Shown: positions 37,101 through 50,700 of the stretch, piece after piece
Layout of the letters: each line of letters starts with the position of its first letter
Position numbering within the stretch: the stretch's first letter is position 1
NCBI RefSeq assembly: GCF_964204645.1
Contig: NC_134032.1
Span: 8,606,275 to 8,670,274 of the forward strand
DNA: 64,000 bases
DNA from: Tubulanus polymorphus
Lineage: Eukaryota; Animalia; Nemertea
Reading direction: 5' to 3'
The notes under the pieces: model-generated
What the model saw: only the letters and a program-made list of their open reading frames with translations
Database searches by the model: none
What the model was told of the DNA's origin: nothing
Position numbers and translations under genes: made by a program

Positions 37101-38641
37101 TTTAGAAAACATGGCCACGTAGATAGATCCTATCAGATCATCGTGAAGTTAAGCCTTCAGACATTTTCAGAAAATATGACTGCCAGTGACATCATTAAAT
37201 TTACTAGGCATTTTCGAAAAAGATGACTGCCTTAGAAATTTCCATATGACACCATAAAAATACACTTTGACACTGCCCCGGAAAAATGGTGACATTAATT
37301 CCAAATTCATGGAACAATCTATTCATCCTGATATTAAATTTTTTAAGTTAGGTGTGAAAAATTACATATTTTCGAAATCCAATATGATACCGTATTTTAT
37401 TTACACTGCTCTGATACGCAGTTATGGGTTTATAAATGAATGGTGTTACATGTATCATCTATCATTATGGTACCAACGTACAAATAGTAGACTCCGCTCT
37501 TCTCGGTACCGGTCGACAAGATAACCGGCTGCGTCGGTGAAATTCCATTCTGATCCCTGTCGTAAAATTCCTAGACCTACCGGTCTCTATGTCGGTATTC
37601 GGTTCCAAATAGAACCAAGTTAGGCGGAGTCTACTGTATATTGTTTCTGCAGATCGAACTATTTTTGAACTCTTACCGTTTGGACCGATCATAACCCTCG
37701 AATCGGTGGTGATTGCGCGTACGGTGCTGGCCTCGACCCTTCCGTACCCTTTGATGATCAGCCACGAGATGATGGCTCGCTTCGGGAACGAGTCCGGAGG
37801 GTTGCATTTCAATTCGGTGGTCAAGCCTTCCTGTACCTGCAACGTCGGTTTCACCTTCAAATTCTCCCAGCTAAAGTCACCGGTATCTGAAGGAGAGCAC
37901 AAAGTGGTCGTTTAAAATTTTCTGCAGCCCAGACCCAGAAATCGACATGGTTTATCAAAATGTTAATCAAGAAAAGAACAGGAAAAATTAAATGATCCAG
38001 TGATCAGTTGTCGTACGGCTGGGGCTGCTTAAGTTCGGAGATTCTTTTAAATCTAAGAGAACGTAGGGCTTAGTTCGCAAAAGGACTATTTATTCGATAG
38101 CCACCAACCGAAGAGTGAAAGGATAGGGAGAGATGAGAGGCGGAGGAAGTGAGTGTTAACATTTCATCATCGATCTGAATGGCGATTGTAGTTGTAAACT
38201 TACATTTCTCATTGACGACCACGTTGTTCGACGCCGCTTTCCCGAAATCGTTCTCGGCGTAGCACGCGTATTTAATGTTCTCCGGCGGGGTCTTCGCCGA
38301 CAACTCGTTGTTTCGACTCGGTCGCACCTTCAACTGCGTGGAATCGCGAGTTCCGTCCGGTTTAATCGGAAATTCATAGAATCCTGGGATGTGAGTGACC
38401 GGAGAGAACTCGCTGTTACCGGAACTCATCATCCAGCGGATCCTAAAAGAAAGAACACGACCGTGCGGCCAACTATTGGAAACTCGGTTCAACTGTCGAC
38501 CCGGCTGGCCAAAGGGTACCGGTACTTACATCGGTTTCGGAATGCCGCTGGCTTTGCACGTCAACTTGGCGCGTTCGCTCGACGACACCAGGAAACTTTT
38601 TGACACCGAATCGATCGACGGTGGAATTAGGGGGGGGCATC
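34173..38641 (-). CDS. Ig1-Ig5 ectodomain module B (intact if the cryptic acceptor at 38642-38644 is used)
   Basis: Exons 38641-38530, 38442-38204, 37886-37677, 37074-36943, 36660-36555, 36392-36208, 35549-35418, 34882-34715, 34502-34173; no stops or frameshifts seen. Confidence 0.72.
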
Positions 38642-39558
38642 CTGTTTCAAGAAAAATGGCATCTTTTTACCGTGAAAAGGGAAACTTTCCCATTGAAAGC
38701 GTCACAGATCTTAGATATGAAGTGCCCGGGAACCTGAATAAATCATCTGAGATTGAATTCATTTTCATTTTCCCAAAACAGCAAAATCGTATCTGAATTT
38801 TGAAAAATCGTGACCAAATTTTTTAAACTAACACGAAAGGCAAAAAAATATATATAAATTATCTCATCGAGTAGATAATTCTTTTTTTTAAGGTTACGAA
38901 GTTCACAGATCACGAGTGTTTAAAAAATAAATAAATAACGATCTGGAACGGCCTAAATTGGAACGAACTGGAAATGGATTGGACTTTTTGCTGGTGTGAA
39001 CGCTTGGTCCGTACTAAATTTGAACGGGCCAAATTTAGACCGTTCTAAAATACGTATTGTGAATTCACCAGTTGACAAGGTAAAGAGTAAAGATTAGTTA
39101 TTGTCGATATTTTGACTAAATGGACTACTGAACTGAGAAGTACGGAACTGGTTCTTCAATTCTTCAATTGCTGCCATAAAGTTGGTTCGAAAAACGGTAT
39201 CAAAGAACTCGAACCCCTCGGGACTCTGTGACCGAAATTCCCCAATCATGTACTTTGATTCAAACAAAAAATGTTGTTAATTCGACCGACGATCGCTCAT
39301 CTATATATCTGTAGTACTATTTCTCCCGGTGCGGTGGGCTCGTTAAGGGACTCCAAACAAAGCAAATCAAACGAAATCTACCAATCAAATAAATAATCGG
39401 ATCAAACCCTGTTTTAAGATCATCAGTTAAAACAATCTATAGTAATCCTATCAGATTAAAAGAATCTACAATGTAATTTGAACCGGCGTCTTTGGAACTG
39501 GGTGCGGCCGTTGGCAGGGAACTAGATCGAGAAGGCACGGGAGACTTTAAAGACCTAC

Positions 39559-39652
39559 CACCATAGTTCTTCGCTACCGTTAATGTGTTCTGCGCCAAGA
39601 AGGTGATCACTGCGACTGACACCAACGTTAAAAACCTCACTATCGGCGACAT
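39559..39652 (-). CDS. Signal-peptide leader exon for modules B/A
   Basis: MSPIVRFLTLVSVAVITFLAQNTLTVAKNYG followed by phase-1 donor GTAGGT, matching the phase-1 start of the Ig1 exon. Confidence 0.8.
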
Positions 39653-41341
39653 GTTTTCTACTTGTTCGGATTTCGAGTTTTAACATCCGATCCACACGAA
39701 ATCTGCACGTGGAATGCGACTCTGTTGACAATATACCTGATAAACGAGCTAAGAAATTGTTCGACATTTTGAGTAAGGAGATTAGGGGCTTACAATTTTG
39801 CCGAATCAGGCCGCGAGAATTGATCGCGGGAATTTCCCGTTTCTCGCTAAAAATATAAAGACCAATCACGGCGACTTTTAAACAGACACAAATCGATAAC
39901 AGCAAACGATAAACCGATGATTACTTGGAAAACGGAAGTCAATAGAATTTTTCTTTTTATCGTGATCCGCCAACTTCCGCGAATCAATGAATCATAGCAA
40001 TTTTTCTAAATTCTATGAATTTCCATGAAGTATACAAAATTGCGGCCTACAACTGTGTGCTGGCCAAAAGAGCCCACAGAGCCCTACTACCAATCTGACC
40101 CAAGTTACCAACTGTTTTGTTACAACCTTCCGATTATCTAGTGTGTTTCTCCCTGGGTTATGAAATGTATACCATCATGGACTATAATGATCGTAGATTA
40201 TTTTAATCAAACTGAACGAATCATGAATAAAGTAACGGTAATTTAAGAATTAACTTAATCATACCTACGCTTTGAATGTTTTTTGATGATCGTTGTTAGT
40301 TTGTATACGTTAACGAATGGTTCACACGTCCCTAGGTAAGCGGTGTTTCGCCCGATCGTCCTCAGAAGGAATTACTGCGGTTCGTCTGTTCGCCCGTTTG
40401 TCCGAAGATTCAGTTAATTTAGGAAGCTTTAAAGACGCAAGACAATAGCCGTCTTGATATTCAGTCTATACGTGTATCTACCCTAGACGCGTCTACAGAA
40501 AAAAAACCGGCCCGATTATGTTCAAGATGGCTGTGCGACGGGGATTCTTGCCATTAGTTATTAGGGCAAGAGGCATTTCTGTAGAAAATCCTTTCCTGAA
40601 TCCAAACTGTGAACCAGTAAATAATTTATATTTGTAAAAAAAACTTGATGATACAGGTATAAACCGGTATTACTTTTCCAGTAATTTCGATATACACGGT
40701 AGTGCTGAAATAAGTCGATAATTTGAGAGCCTGTCACGATTTTTGTAGAATTGAGTAATAAGTGTATCTTTGAATAAATTAGGTACAATCCCAGAATATA
40801 ACTACAAGTATAGCTGTAAAGAAGCGATAACGGGTTTTCTGACAAGCCATGCGGCTAAAATTAAGGAAAATTCAAACGAAATTTACCAACCAAATAAACA
40901 ACAGGGTCAATCCCTATTTTACGATCAAAAAGACGAAAAAATTGAGGGATATAGAAAATAAAAATATTTTATTTGCGGGATTCGAACTTGATGTGGCAAC
41001 TTCAGAAATAAAGGTAGGAGATTCGAACCAGATATAACTGAAGACAATGAAAAAATGTCATTGATGAAATTGGCTTCAGACAAAGATTTGGATATTCTCG
41101 GAGCATTGCCCTTTTGGACGTATATTTGGCACATGTGCATATGGATAGAAATAATTGTTTAAAGCAGTTTCTAAGTTTGCTATATTTTTGTTTGGAATCA
41201 GTTGTTTTCCGGGTTGAAGAGCGTTAAAACAGCAGGTCTTATAACGCTTTAATGAGGTTAAAACCCTTTGTCTTCCATGGCTGCTCGCGTCTTACATACC
41301 ACGAATCATTGACACGTAGCGAGTAAAACTGAAATCAATGT

Positions 41342-42292
41342 TCATTTGAGGGCATTTCTACAGCGGATTTTCATACAGAAATATTCACGAATTTCTCGTC
41401 CCAGTAAAAGATATATGTAGAAATTTACCGCATAGTTACAAACTTGTAAGTGAACAAATATGTCATATAGAACTTCCCTCTGTTCCGGTGGGATTGGTAA
41501 CAATGAAGTAATGGCGGATGGGAGTAAGAATATAGCAAATGCGAGTGAAACTGTTACAAGCATTATTGTTGTACGTTTTGAATTTGTAGTTTTCCGATCT
41601 GACGAAACCATTTTTGAACCTCTGAATAGCTGAACTATTATAGCGGTATTTGATATCACAATGAAGGATAAAGGCAGTATATAACCGTAGATAACAGATA
41701 CCACAAAATATGTTATTTGGTCCAATAACTTATAGGAACATGCGAAAAACTGGTCGTTGAAATGTATCGACAATGCAGGTGTGAAATATATAACAAGTAC
41801 ATTCACTGAAGTGATTATCAGTATAGCAAATCTAGCGAATCCCGGTGTACATATTAGACGAGATGTGAACGGGAAGAGAACAACTGCCGCGCGTTCTAAA
41901 GATATCGCTACTATCAACCACGAACCATTGGCGGCTGCAAGCGCCATTATAAATTCATAGATTTGACAACCGATCACTGAATTTATCACATATATTGGGC
42001 CAGTGCTGAGATGAAAGAGAGCGAACTGTAAAACAGGCAACAGCGCCAGGCTTTCACTGTATACAAAATCACAGACTGACAGAACGATCAGATAGTTAGC
42101 GTACGATAAACCGCGGAATCTACGACTTATCATTACCAGGAAAGTAGCTGAATTTCCAAACGCTCCAAACAGGAAGATGATGGGCAGAATGACCAGTGAC
42201 ACGGTACGGCGGATTCCAGACCTGTTCACCACTGACATGAGAACGATGTAGCTGTTATACGTTTTGCCGATTTCTATCCGTGTAGAATTCAT
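41342..42292 (-). CDS. Intronless class-A GPCR (FMRFamide-receptor-like/Srw-type), 316 aa, intact copy
   Basis: 7TM ORF with N-terminal NST sequon, ER motif at the TM3 end, NFYIY in TM7, and helix 8 GREIREYFC. Confidence 0.92.
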   Translation of the reverse strand: MNSTRIEIGKTYNSYIVLMSVVNRSGIRRTVSLVILPIIFLFGAFGNSATFLVMISRRFRGLSYANYLIVLSVCDFVYSESLALLPVLQFALFHLSTGPIYVINSVIGCQIYEFIMALAAANGSWLIVAISLERAAVVLFPFTSRLICTPGFARFAILIITSVNVLVIYFTPALSIHFNDQFFACSYKLLDQITYFVVSVIYGYILPLSFIVISNTAIIVQLFRGSKMVSSDRKTTNSKRTTIMLVTVSLAFAIFLLPSAITSLLPIPPEQREVLYDIFVHLQVCNYAVNFYIYLLLGREIREYFCMKIRCRNALK

Positions 42293-44720
42293 GATTCATA
42301 TGAATATCAAATGAGAATACATCGACTGTCCGAGAGAGACGGACTATAGGAGGGCGCTCTGCTGGCTGTTTGAGTGTGTACGGACTGTCTGAGAATGACA
42401 TTCTGAGATCGAGTGTGTTGACATTCTGAGAGTGTATTGACATTCTGAGAGTGACTGTTTTAGAATGCGCTGCCTGTCCCGAGAATGTACTGTAGCTGTG
42501 TCCTGTCGGGTATCAGAAAATCAATTTAACATATGTATGAAGATATCATTAAAGTCTTTATATTACAGCTACAGCTCATTTGTAAGATTTATTGCTGCGA
42601 ATAGAATATCAGTCCTCAGAAATCTGACACTATTCACTCGGATTTAATGAAAGTTTAGTTGTATCTTATAAAAATGGAATATATTCGTGACAATAATCGT
42701 GACGATAAATTCGTGAATATTTCTGTAAATTTCCGTATTCATATTACAGTGGTTCATTTCTAATGATTTATGTCAGCAGTCAAATATCAACATCAACAGT
42801 TGCCAGTATCCAGTAACACAGTTTTGTGGAAACATTATGCCGCTTAATTCTGAGATTAGAAACCTCACAATCGGCGACTTATTTTCTACTAGTACGGTTT
42901 TCGAGTTTTAACATGCAATCGACAATGAATCTGTACGTGGAATGTGACTTCGTTGACAATATACCTGATAAGTGAGCCAAGATGTTGTTCGATAGTTCGA
43001 GTTAGGAGATAAGGGGCTTAAGATTTTACCGAATCAGGCTGTGCGAATTAATCGCTGGAATTTCCCGTTTGTCGCCAAAAAATAGAGACGAATCACGGCA
43101 ACTTTTAAACAGACACAGACAATAACAGGAACGAAACGATAAACCGATGATTATTAGAAAAAACGGAAGACATTTGAATTCACCTTTTTTACGGTGATCA
43201 TCGAAATTCCGAATCAATGTCATAGGAAATTCTAAGAATTTCCTTTGAATTATACCCACAGCTGTGGATCTGGGATCAGAGTTAACTGATATACCATAAT
43301 CGACGGACAATAAAGATTCCGTACATTATCTTGATAATGGGATTTCATTCCACCTGGGTTTCTTATACTTTTGTATCGAAGTGGACCACACATTATCAAG
43401 TTTCACTTCTCTATCCTCGGAATCAATTAATTAACATGCGGTAAAGTTGAGGAAAATTTGATCTCAAATTGCAGTTACGCGGAACTATACAAGCAAAACG
43501 TTGTAGACCCTCACTTGCGACATGTGGAATCCTTCATTGCCACGGCCCTAGTTGATGTCCTCTCCTGTACTTGAGTGACACCTGATGGATCCTCGTGGAA
43601 TTCTTTGCCAACAGTGGGCTACTCATTTGCCAAAATTACGTATTCTAGTTGTTCTACTGCAAACTAGCGTAAATCTGTTGTTGTTAGGATTCAGGCTAGA
43701 ATACTGCTCTAAAGAAACGATCGTAAGATGAACCGATAAATAGACAACACGATGGCATTTCGATACTTGAATATTACATGATCAATCGAATTAATCAAAC
43801 TTTATTTCATATATTTATTCACTTGGCTATGAATGAGCTATGATACTCGAGCTAGTATTTGTTGTATTAAAATCTTACGGAAAAATTTAGCATTAAGAGT
43901 CTTAGTTTAAGATTTGTTCATAGATTAGATATTACGGCGTCTAGATAAATTGACAACACAATGATGATAATCAGGTGAGATAATATTGTTTATCTTTTTT
44001 AAATTGCCAGGATATTTTCTGTGTAGACCTTCTGATGTACCTTCCATCATAGAACTAGAATTGAACGGAACGCCGACTCCATGACGTCATTTTATGAAAT
44101 TGCGATTTTCAAAATTTCAGCACCCTCACCGTTAGCCATAAACAATAGATTATTCGGTGATAATTCGATATATTTTTCCCGCGAGCATTGATGATACAAT
44201 TTAACCAAATGTTGAACAGTAAAGTTTGGACTAGTTAAAAATATGTGCCTCTATAGATGAATATCGTTGACAATGAATTATAAAATATGAGCAGAATGAT
44301 ATTCACGATTGATAATTTATTTGAGTTATATGTATATCGACTGTTGAATTGAATTGACCGGCGACCAGTCTAGTCCCGCGATATTGATGACGCAGAGCAC
44401 ATCCACTCAAAACTTTATTGCTAACGGCGTGGGGCTGTAAAAAACACAAGATTCCATGATAATCCGGAAAGATAAGAATTTTCTAAGTTTTAGCGGGGCG
44501 TGGTAAATTCCTTTAAGGAGTCGGCATCCACATTCGCTTATATTTCTATGCTTCCATTCGTCATTATTGATTGGTGAAGTTAACCGTATTGTTTACTTCA
44601 GGAATGCTGGAAAAAAAATAAAACAGACACTTTTCATTCATCTTTTTTGAAACTATCGACGAAGAAAGCCGCCGGTAGTTACTCTCGGTGTTTAAAGGGT
44701 TAACCAACGTAGACACATAC

Positions 44721-47700
44721 CTGTCTTGTCTTCGAACGCGAGCGTATAGGTGCCGCGTACTTCCTGTACGGGTGTCATAGTCCTAGCGACGCACGTGTAG
44801 TCACCGCGTAGGTCTTCTTCCGTGATGTATTTCCACGAGTTGATATGCAGCGAGTTGTCGGCGTTGTCCTGCCAGATTTGATTCTCGATGTAGTCGATCG
44901 GGCTACCGTTGTACAACCATTCTATCTGCGGAATCGTCGCCGGATCAGACTCCGTTTTGCACGGAAGGATGACGGTATCTGTGAATTCGAACGTCATCAC
45001 CGAAGCGTTCTTGCCGTTCTTGCTGTCGCTCGGTTTCGGTTCTCGCATGATGAGCGGCACTGCGGAGACAATAACGAAAAAGCCACGTTCAACTTTTACC
45101 AAATAATTCTAACGATAATGAGATGATTATCATTAGTATTTTTCATAGGTTTGAACATCATAATCATCACCGGTCGACATCGAAAATAAACTGACTCATC
45201 GAAGTAACCAAAATGAGATTAAGTTGCCATCAATAGGCGCTAATCATATATTGATTCTAATGATACTTACGGACAACATTTATATATCCGTTAGCTATGA
45301 TGCTACCATGAATATTTGAAGCCCGACACTGGACGACTCTCATATCTGGAGTGTTCACGCTGCCATCCCCGCCGCGGATCAGGTGACGCAATATGTAAGT
45401 ATTCGCGGTTACCGTCAATCTGTTATCATTCTTCGTATCTGAACAAAAATCATTGGAATTTGTTGATTCAAATATGTTTTCTCGAACTGTCTTTGAATTT
45501 GACTCAAATCAGCTCATTTTCGATTAGCTGACTTGAATAACAATAGGGGCATTTTGTCCAGTGACTTGACTGAAGTTTTCTGGAATTATTGACACTATAA
45601 AAATATCCGTTGAACTAGATTAACTGACACACAGTCTTGACCCTTGAGTCAAAATCTCTTCATGTCAAATCTTTCAAATAGGCAGTCAAAATTTAAACCT
45701 ACTAGATTTTTAAACTCTAGAGACGAAATTACTAACTAGATTCGCTTGAGTCAAATTCTGGTCGTCCCATAGACCCACTGGTGCCGGTAGTCCATTTTCG
45801 AGAGTTAAGTTAGAAGTGATGTAAACGCCATTCTGCTTTTATAAGATATAAATCGACAAATTGGAATTGCCAACACATCAATGAGTATAAAACGTCTCCT
45901 TTCAAGTTTTCGAGCCGTGTTTAAGTTTTGACCCCACACTAAAACCCCATTTAACGATTGTCTCTGCACTTACGGTCAACTGGGACGAGATTTTCGAGCC
46001 ATTCAGTAGTCGGGGTCGGGTTACCGGTCGCTTCGCATTCGAATCTAGCCGTGTCACCGATGACGTAAGTAGAATCGACCGGTTTCTTGGTGAACTTCGG
46101 TAAAGCTTAAATCAAAATTGTCGGCAATTAACAAGGATTTCATCGAGTTTTCCGGAAAATAGTATTATCTTTTTCTCTTTTACATGAAACTTTTAGAGAT
46201 GGGAACGATTTCTGAAACCGTAATTATCGGTTTTGATTCGCAGCAAAACAAAAAATAAAAGCTTCTATCCGTGATGGAATTCTTCAATCTTAAAGTGGGA
46301 TTTTCCTCATTATCCATTTGATTGGTAGATTTGGTCTGATTACTTCTCATTTCGTGTCCCTCAACAAACCCACTACACCTGCCGGGAGCGAAACATTCTT
46401 TGCCAGAACCAAGTGCACATGGAACCAAGGAGAGGACAACTTTGAATATCGTGACTTCTCAGAGCTCCAACAGGAAAATAAACAGCTCTTGAAATGGCAA
46501 TTTAGATATCCTTGGAGTCATCCCTAGATAATGTTATGGCTTCAGAAACCATGATTGGGATATTGTTGGAGCCACCCACTTAAGAGAGGTTTAAAAGGCA
46601 TGATTGTGAGAGTGATGACTGAATTTTTGATGATTTGGGCGTCTTTGTAGCCATCCTAATTTCCTTCAAAACTTCACATCAAATTCAAACTGTCATTGTG
46701 AAATATCATTAAGCTTTGAATCATACATTTTTCATGTTGATTTAGATTATAAAACAAAACTTACTGATGATTTCGACGCGGGTTCTGGACGTTTTACTGC
46801 CCATCCAGTTCGACACCGTACACTCGTACTCGCCGGCGTAACTCGGGGCAAAATTTATCAAATACAAGTGAACGTTGCCGTTCGAATACGAACGATTCGT
46901 AGGCATCGTCTTGCCGTCGAGGCGACGCCACGAAACGGTAGCGACCGGCCTGTAAAAAAATATGCAAGAATATATACACACCTTACCATCGCGCATCCTC
47001 GCTTTCCAGGGTTTGATTACCATCCGCTGACGTTCACGCCAAAAACCCTGGCCGCAAACCAGGTATCTTGGCCATTACGCTGGCCAAGATACCTTTGGCG
47101 GACAGGTTGAAACACCGGACTACTAAACTGAATAGGTTTAAGCATCTTACTTGGTGCTTGAAATACAATACAAATCGATCACATCGCGTTCTAACGCGCT
47201 TACAACCGGCGGTGGATTCGCAATCAACGCTGGAGGCTTGTTCGGCACGTTGGGATCTGCAATCGAAAAATATTGATATTTCGAAAGAAATCATTGAGCA
47301 AAGTATAAGCAAATTGGGGGGTAGTCAACAAATGACAAACAACGTTAACTTTTCGCAATTTTGAATTTCGGTCGGAACTTCCAATATTTCGAGGAAAAGA
47401 AACAAACTTTGAATTCGGGAAACATCGGAATCAAATACTCTATTCGAGATATTATCATATATTTAGAACAGAATATCTGTCAATATTGGTATGGAATAAA
47501 CGAAATGAAATTTTCCATTTTGACTTACTTGGTTTCACTTTGATGGAAATCGGACTGCCCTGTTTGATAACACCCTGAGCGGCGTTATTGTACTGACAGA
47601 CGTACGACTCATCCGGTTTGGTCGCGTCGGATGGTAAAATGTGCGAGAAAAACAGGTTACCTACGAACGAAGAGTTTACGCACGCTTTTAGAAAACATGG

Positions 47701-50700
47701 TCACGTAGATAGATCCTATCAGATCATCGTGAAGTTAAGCCTTCAGACATTTTCAGAAAATATGACTGCCAGTGACATCATTAAATTTACTAGGCATTTT
47801 CGAAAAAGATGACTGCCTTAGACATTTCCATATGACACCATAAAAATACACTTTGACACTGCCCCGGAAAAATGGCTGACATTAATTCCAAATTCATGGA
47901 ACAATCTATACATCCTGATATTGAATTTTTTAAGTTAGCTGTGAAAAATTACATATTTTCGAAATCCAATATGATACCGTATTTTATTTACACTGCTCTG
48001 ATACGCAGTTATGGGTTTATAAATGAATGGTGTTACATGTATCATCTATCATTATGGTACCAACGTACAAATAGTAGACTCCGCTCTTCTCGGTACCGGT
48101 CGACGAGATAACCGGCTGCGTCGGTGAAATTCCATTCTGATCCCTGTCGTAAAATTCCTAGACCTACCGGTCTCTATGTCGGTATTCGGTTCCAAGTAGA
48201 ACCAAGTTAGGTGGAGTCTACTGTATATTGTTTCTGCAGATCGAACTATTTTTGAACTCTTACCGTTTGGACCGATCATAACCCTCGTTAGGTGGTGATC
48301 GCGCGTACGGTGCTGTCGTCGACCGTTCCGTACCCTTTGATGATCAACCACGAAGTGATGGCTCGCTTCGGGAACGAGTCCGGAGGGTTGCATTTCAACT
48401 CGGTGAACGAGCCTTCCTGCAAGAGCAACATCGGTTTCACCTTCTTATTCTCCGGGCTGAAGTCACCGGTATCTTAAGGAGAGCACAAAGTTGTCGTTTA
48501 AAATTTTCTGCAGCCCAGACCCAGAAATCGACATGGTTTATCAAAATGTTTATCAAGAAAAGAACAGGAAAATGATCCAGTGATCAGTTGTCGTACGGCC
48601 GGGGCTGCTTAAGTTCGGAGATTCTTTTAAATCTAAGAGAGCGTAGGGCTTAGTTCGCAAAAGGACTATTTATTCGATAGCCACCAACCGAAGAGTGAAA
48701 GGATAGGGAGAGATGAGAGGCGGAGGAAGTGAGTGTTTGACATTTTATCATCGATCTGAATGGCGATTGTAGTTGTAAACTTACATTTCTCATCGACGAC
48801 CACGTTGTTTGACGCCGCTTTCCCGAAATCGTTCTCGGCGTAGCACGCGTATTTAACGTTCTCCGGTGGATTCTTCGCGGCCAACTCGTTGTTGCGACTC
48901 GGTCGCACCTTCAACTGCGTGCGATCGCGCGTTCCGTCCGGTTTAATCGGGAACTCGTAGACTCCAGGGATGTGAGTGATCTGAGTGAAATTGCCGTCAC
49001 CGTAACTGACCATCCATCGGATCCTAAACGAAAAAGATAATGCGAATACGATGACCAGCTAATTCTAAGCACATAGAGGTCACCCTCAAGGCGGCATAAA
49101 TGGGAGAGAGCCTCATTGACCATAAAGAGATGAACTTATCCTTTTGCAAGTATGAAATATATTTCGATGACTCATGACTTCTCTAGGACATTTCAGACTC
49201 GTGACCTCTTCTAGCATGTGGATTCATTTTAGTTATGCCATCATCAGATACCAGGTGGCACATACGTAGTATTGGAAGACGCAAGATGTTTTGCGGGTCA
49301 ATTTTGGTCCTGGTTCATTGGATTTAACATGAATTTCCTCTTTGATGATGATTTCTTATTCAATACATTTATGATTATGATGTTATTGTTTGTTCTTTGG
49401 AGTCGAAGATGACAATAACTTCATTTCCAGGTCATGTGGGTTCTCGGGTGAATGATGAGGCCAAGTTTGGCTCTTAAGCAAGTTGAAAATTGTGTGCTAT
49501 ACAGAAGCTGGGTCGGGTGTAGCCTTTCCGAGAGTACGTTTCTGTATTGGCTCATCAGATCACCTGTTTTCGGTGCTCGTTGGCCCTTGTTGGATCGTGC
49601 TTCTGAAGCTAGCTCTGTCAAGGCAGGGCTATCCCAGCTTTTGGCATTGATAGCAAACGTAACATTTTTCGGCTGTCCTTGTAGCGATCCGTTTGCCCAC
49701 CTGGTCATTGGACATTTTGCCAGAGGCAAGTTTACCAAATAGGAACTGTTTTGAGATGCGGACCATCTGACTTGTGCAATCTGAATCTAGGTATAGGTAC
49801 TTTGGAGGCCTGCTGTGATGTGGAAATCAGTATTGAGGATTCTATCTTGCCATCTTATTTGAAGGATCCTGCGAAGACATCTCATGTGGAAGTGGTTTAG
49901 CTGATTTGCAGGTCTAATATCGACAGTCCAGGTCTCGCAGGCCTAGCCGTGATGCGAGGACGATGGCACGGTATACTGAGTAAGTTCTTGGTCATGGTTG
50001 TTATCCTTCTGCTGTCTCCCAGACGCATGTTTAAGTCTACATAAAGCAGAGCTGGCAGCGTGTTCACTAGGTAGACTTATAAGTGGCCAACTCCAACCAG
50101 GTTTATCCCATTTAATCTGAATTGCAGGCTTGGTGTAAAGTTTCTCGGATGCGGGTTGACAAAGTAATTTGTCTTTGGGATGGACATATAGCGAGACCGA
50201 ACTTATCGCAGGCTGAAGAAAGGCGAGCCATGTCACGCTGCAAACTGCGTTAAGTGATGGTATACAATGCGGTATCGTCGACGAAGAAGATATTCCAGAG
50301 TTTCTTTTAACTCTATATATGATTCGTAAGTTGAACAGCCCTAAATCAGTTTTTGAATTGACCTTTATACCCTAGAGAGTCGCAAAATGCACAACAGAGC
50401 ATTGTAGTGGCCAGAACACCCCCTCTACGTCCTACATTTTCCGTAAGCTGGTTTAACCTCTATATCTTGTACAGGATGTTGTTGAAATAGCTATTTTATA
50501 TATCAAAGATGACCACCAGTCAGCCATCTTGAAAGGTTTTTTCGGTGATAAAGCTATTTCATCAGGGCTTTCCTGGAAGGTAGAAACTCTCAAATCAATA
50601 GGATTCTTCCCAACATAATGTCATAAATGTCAAAGGAATCTTAGGTGGGTCGCGCTACCCGCGGCGTTGCACTATGACAAATATTTTCTGGAGCTGTTCA

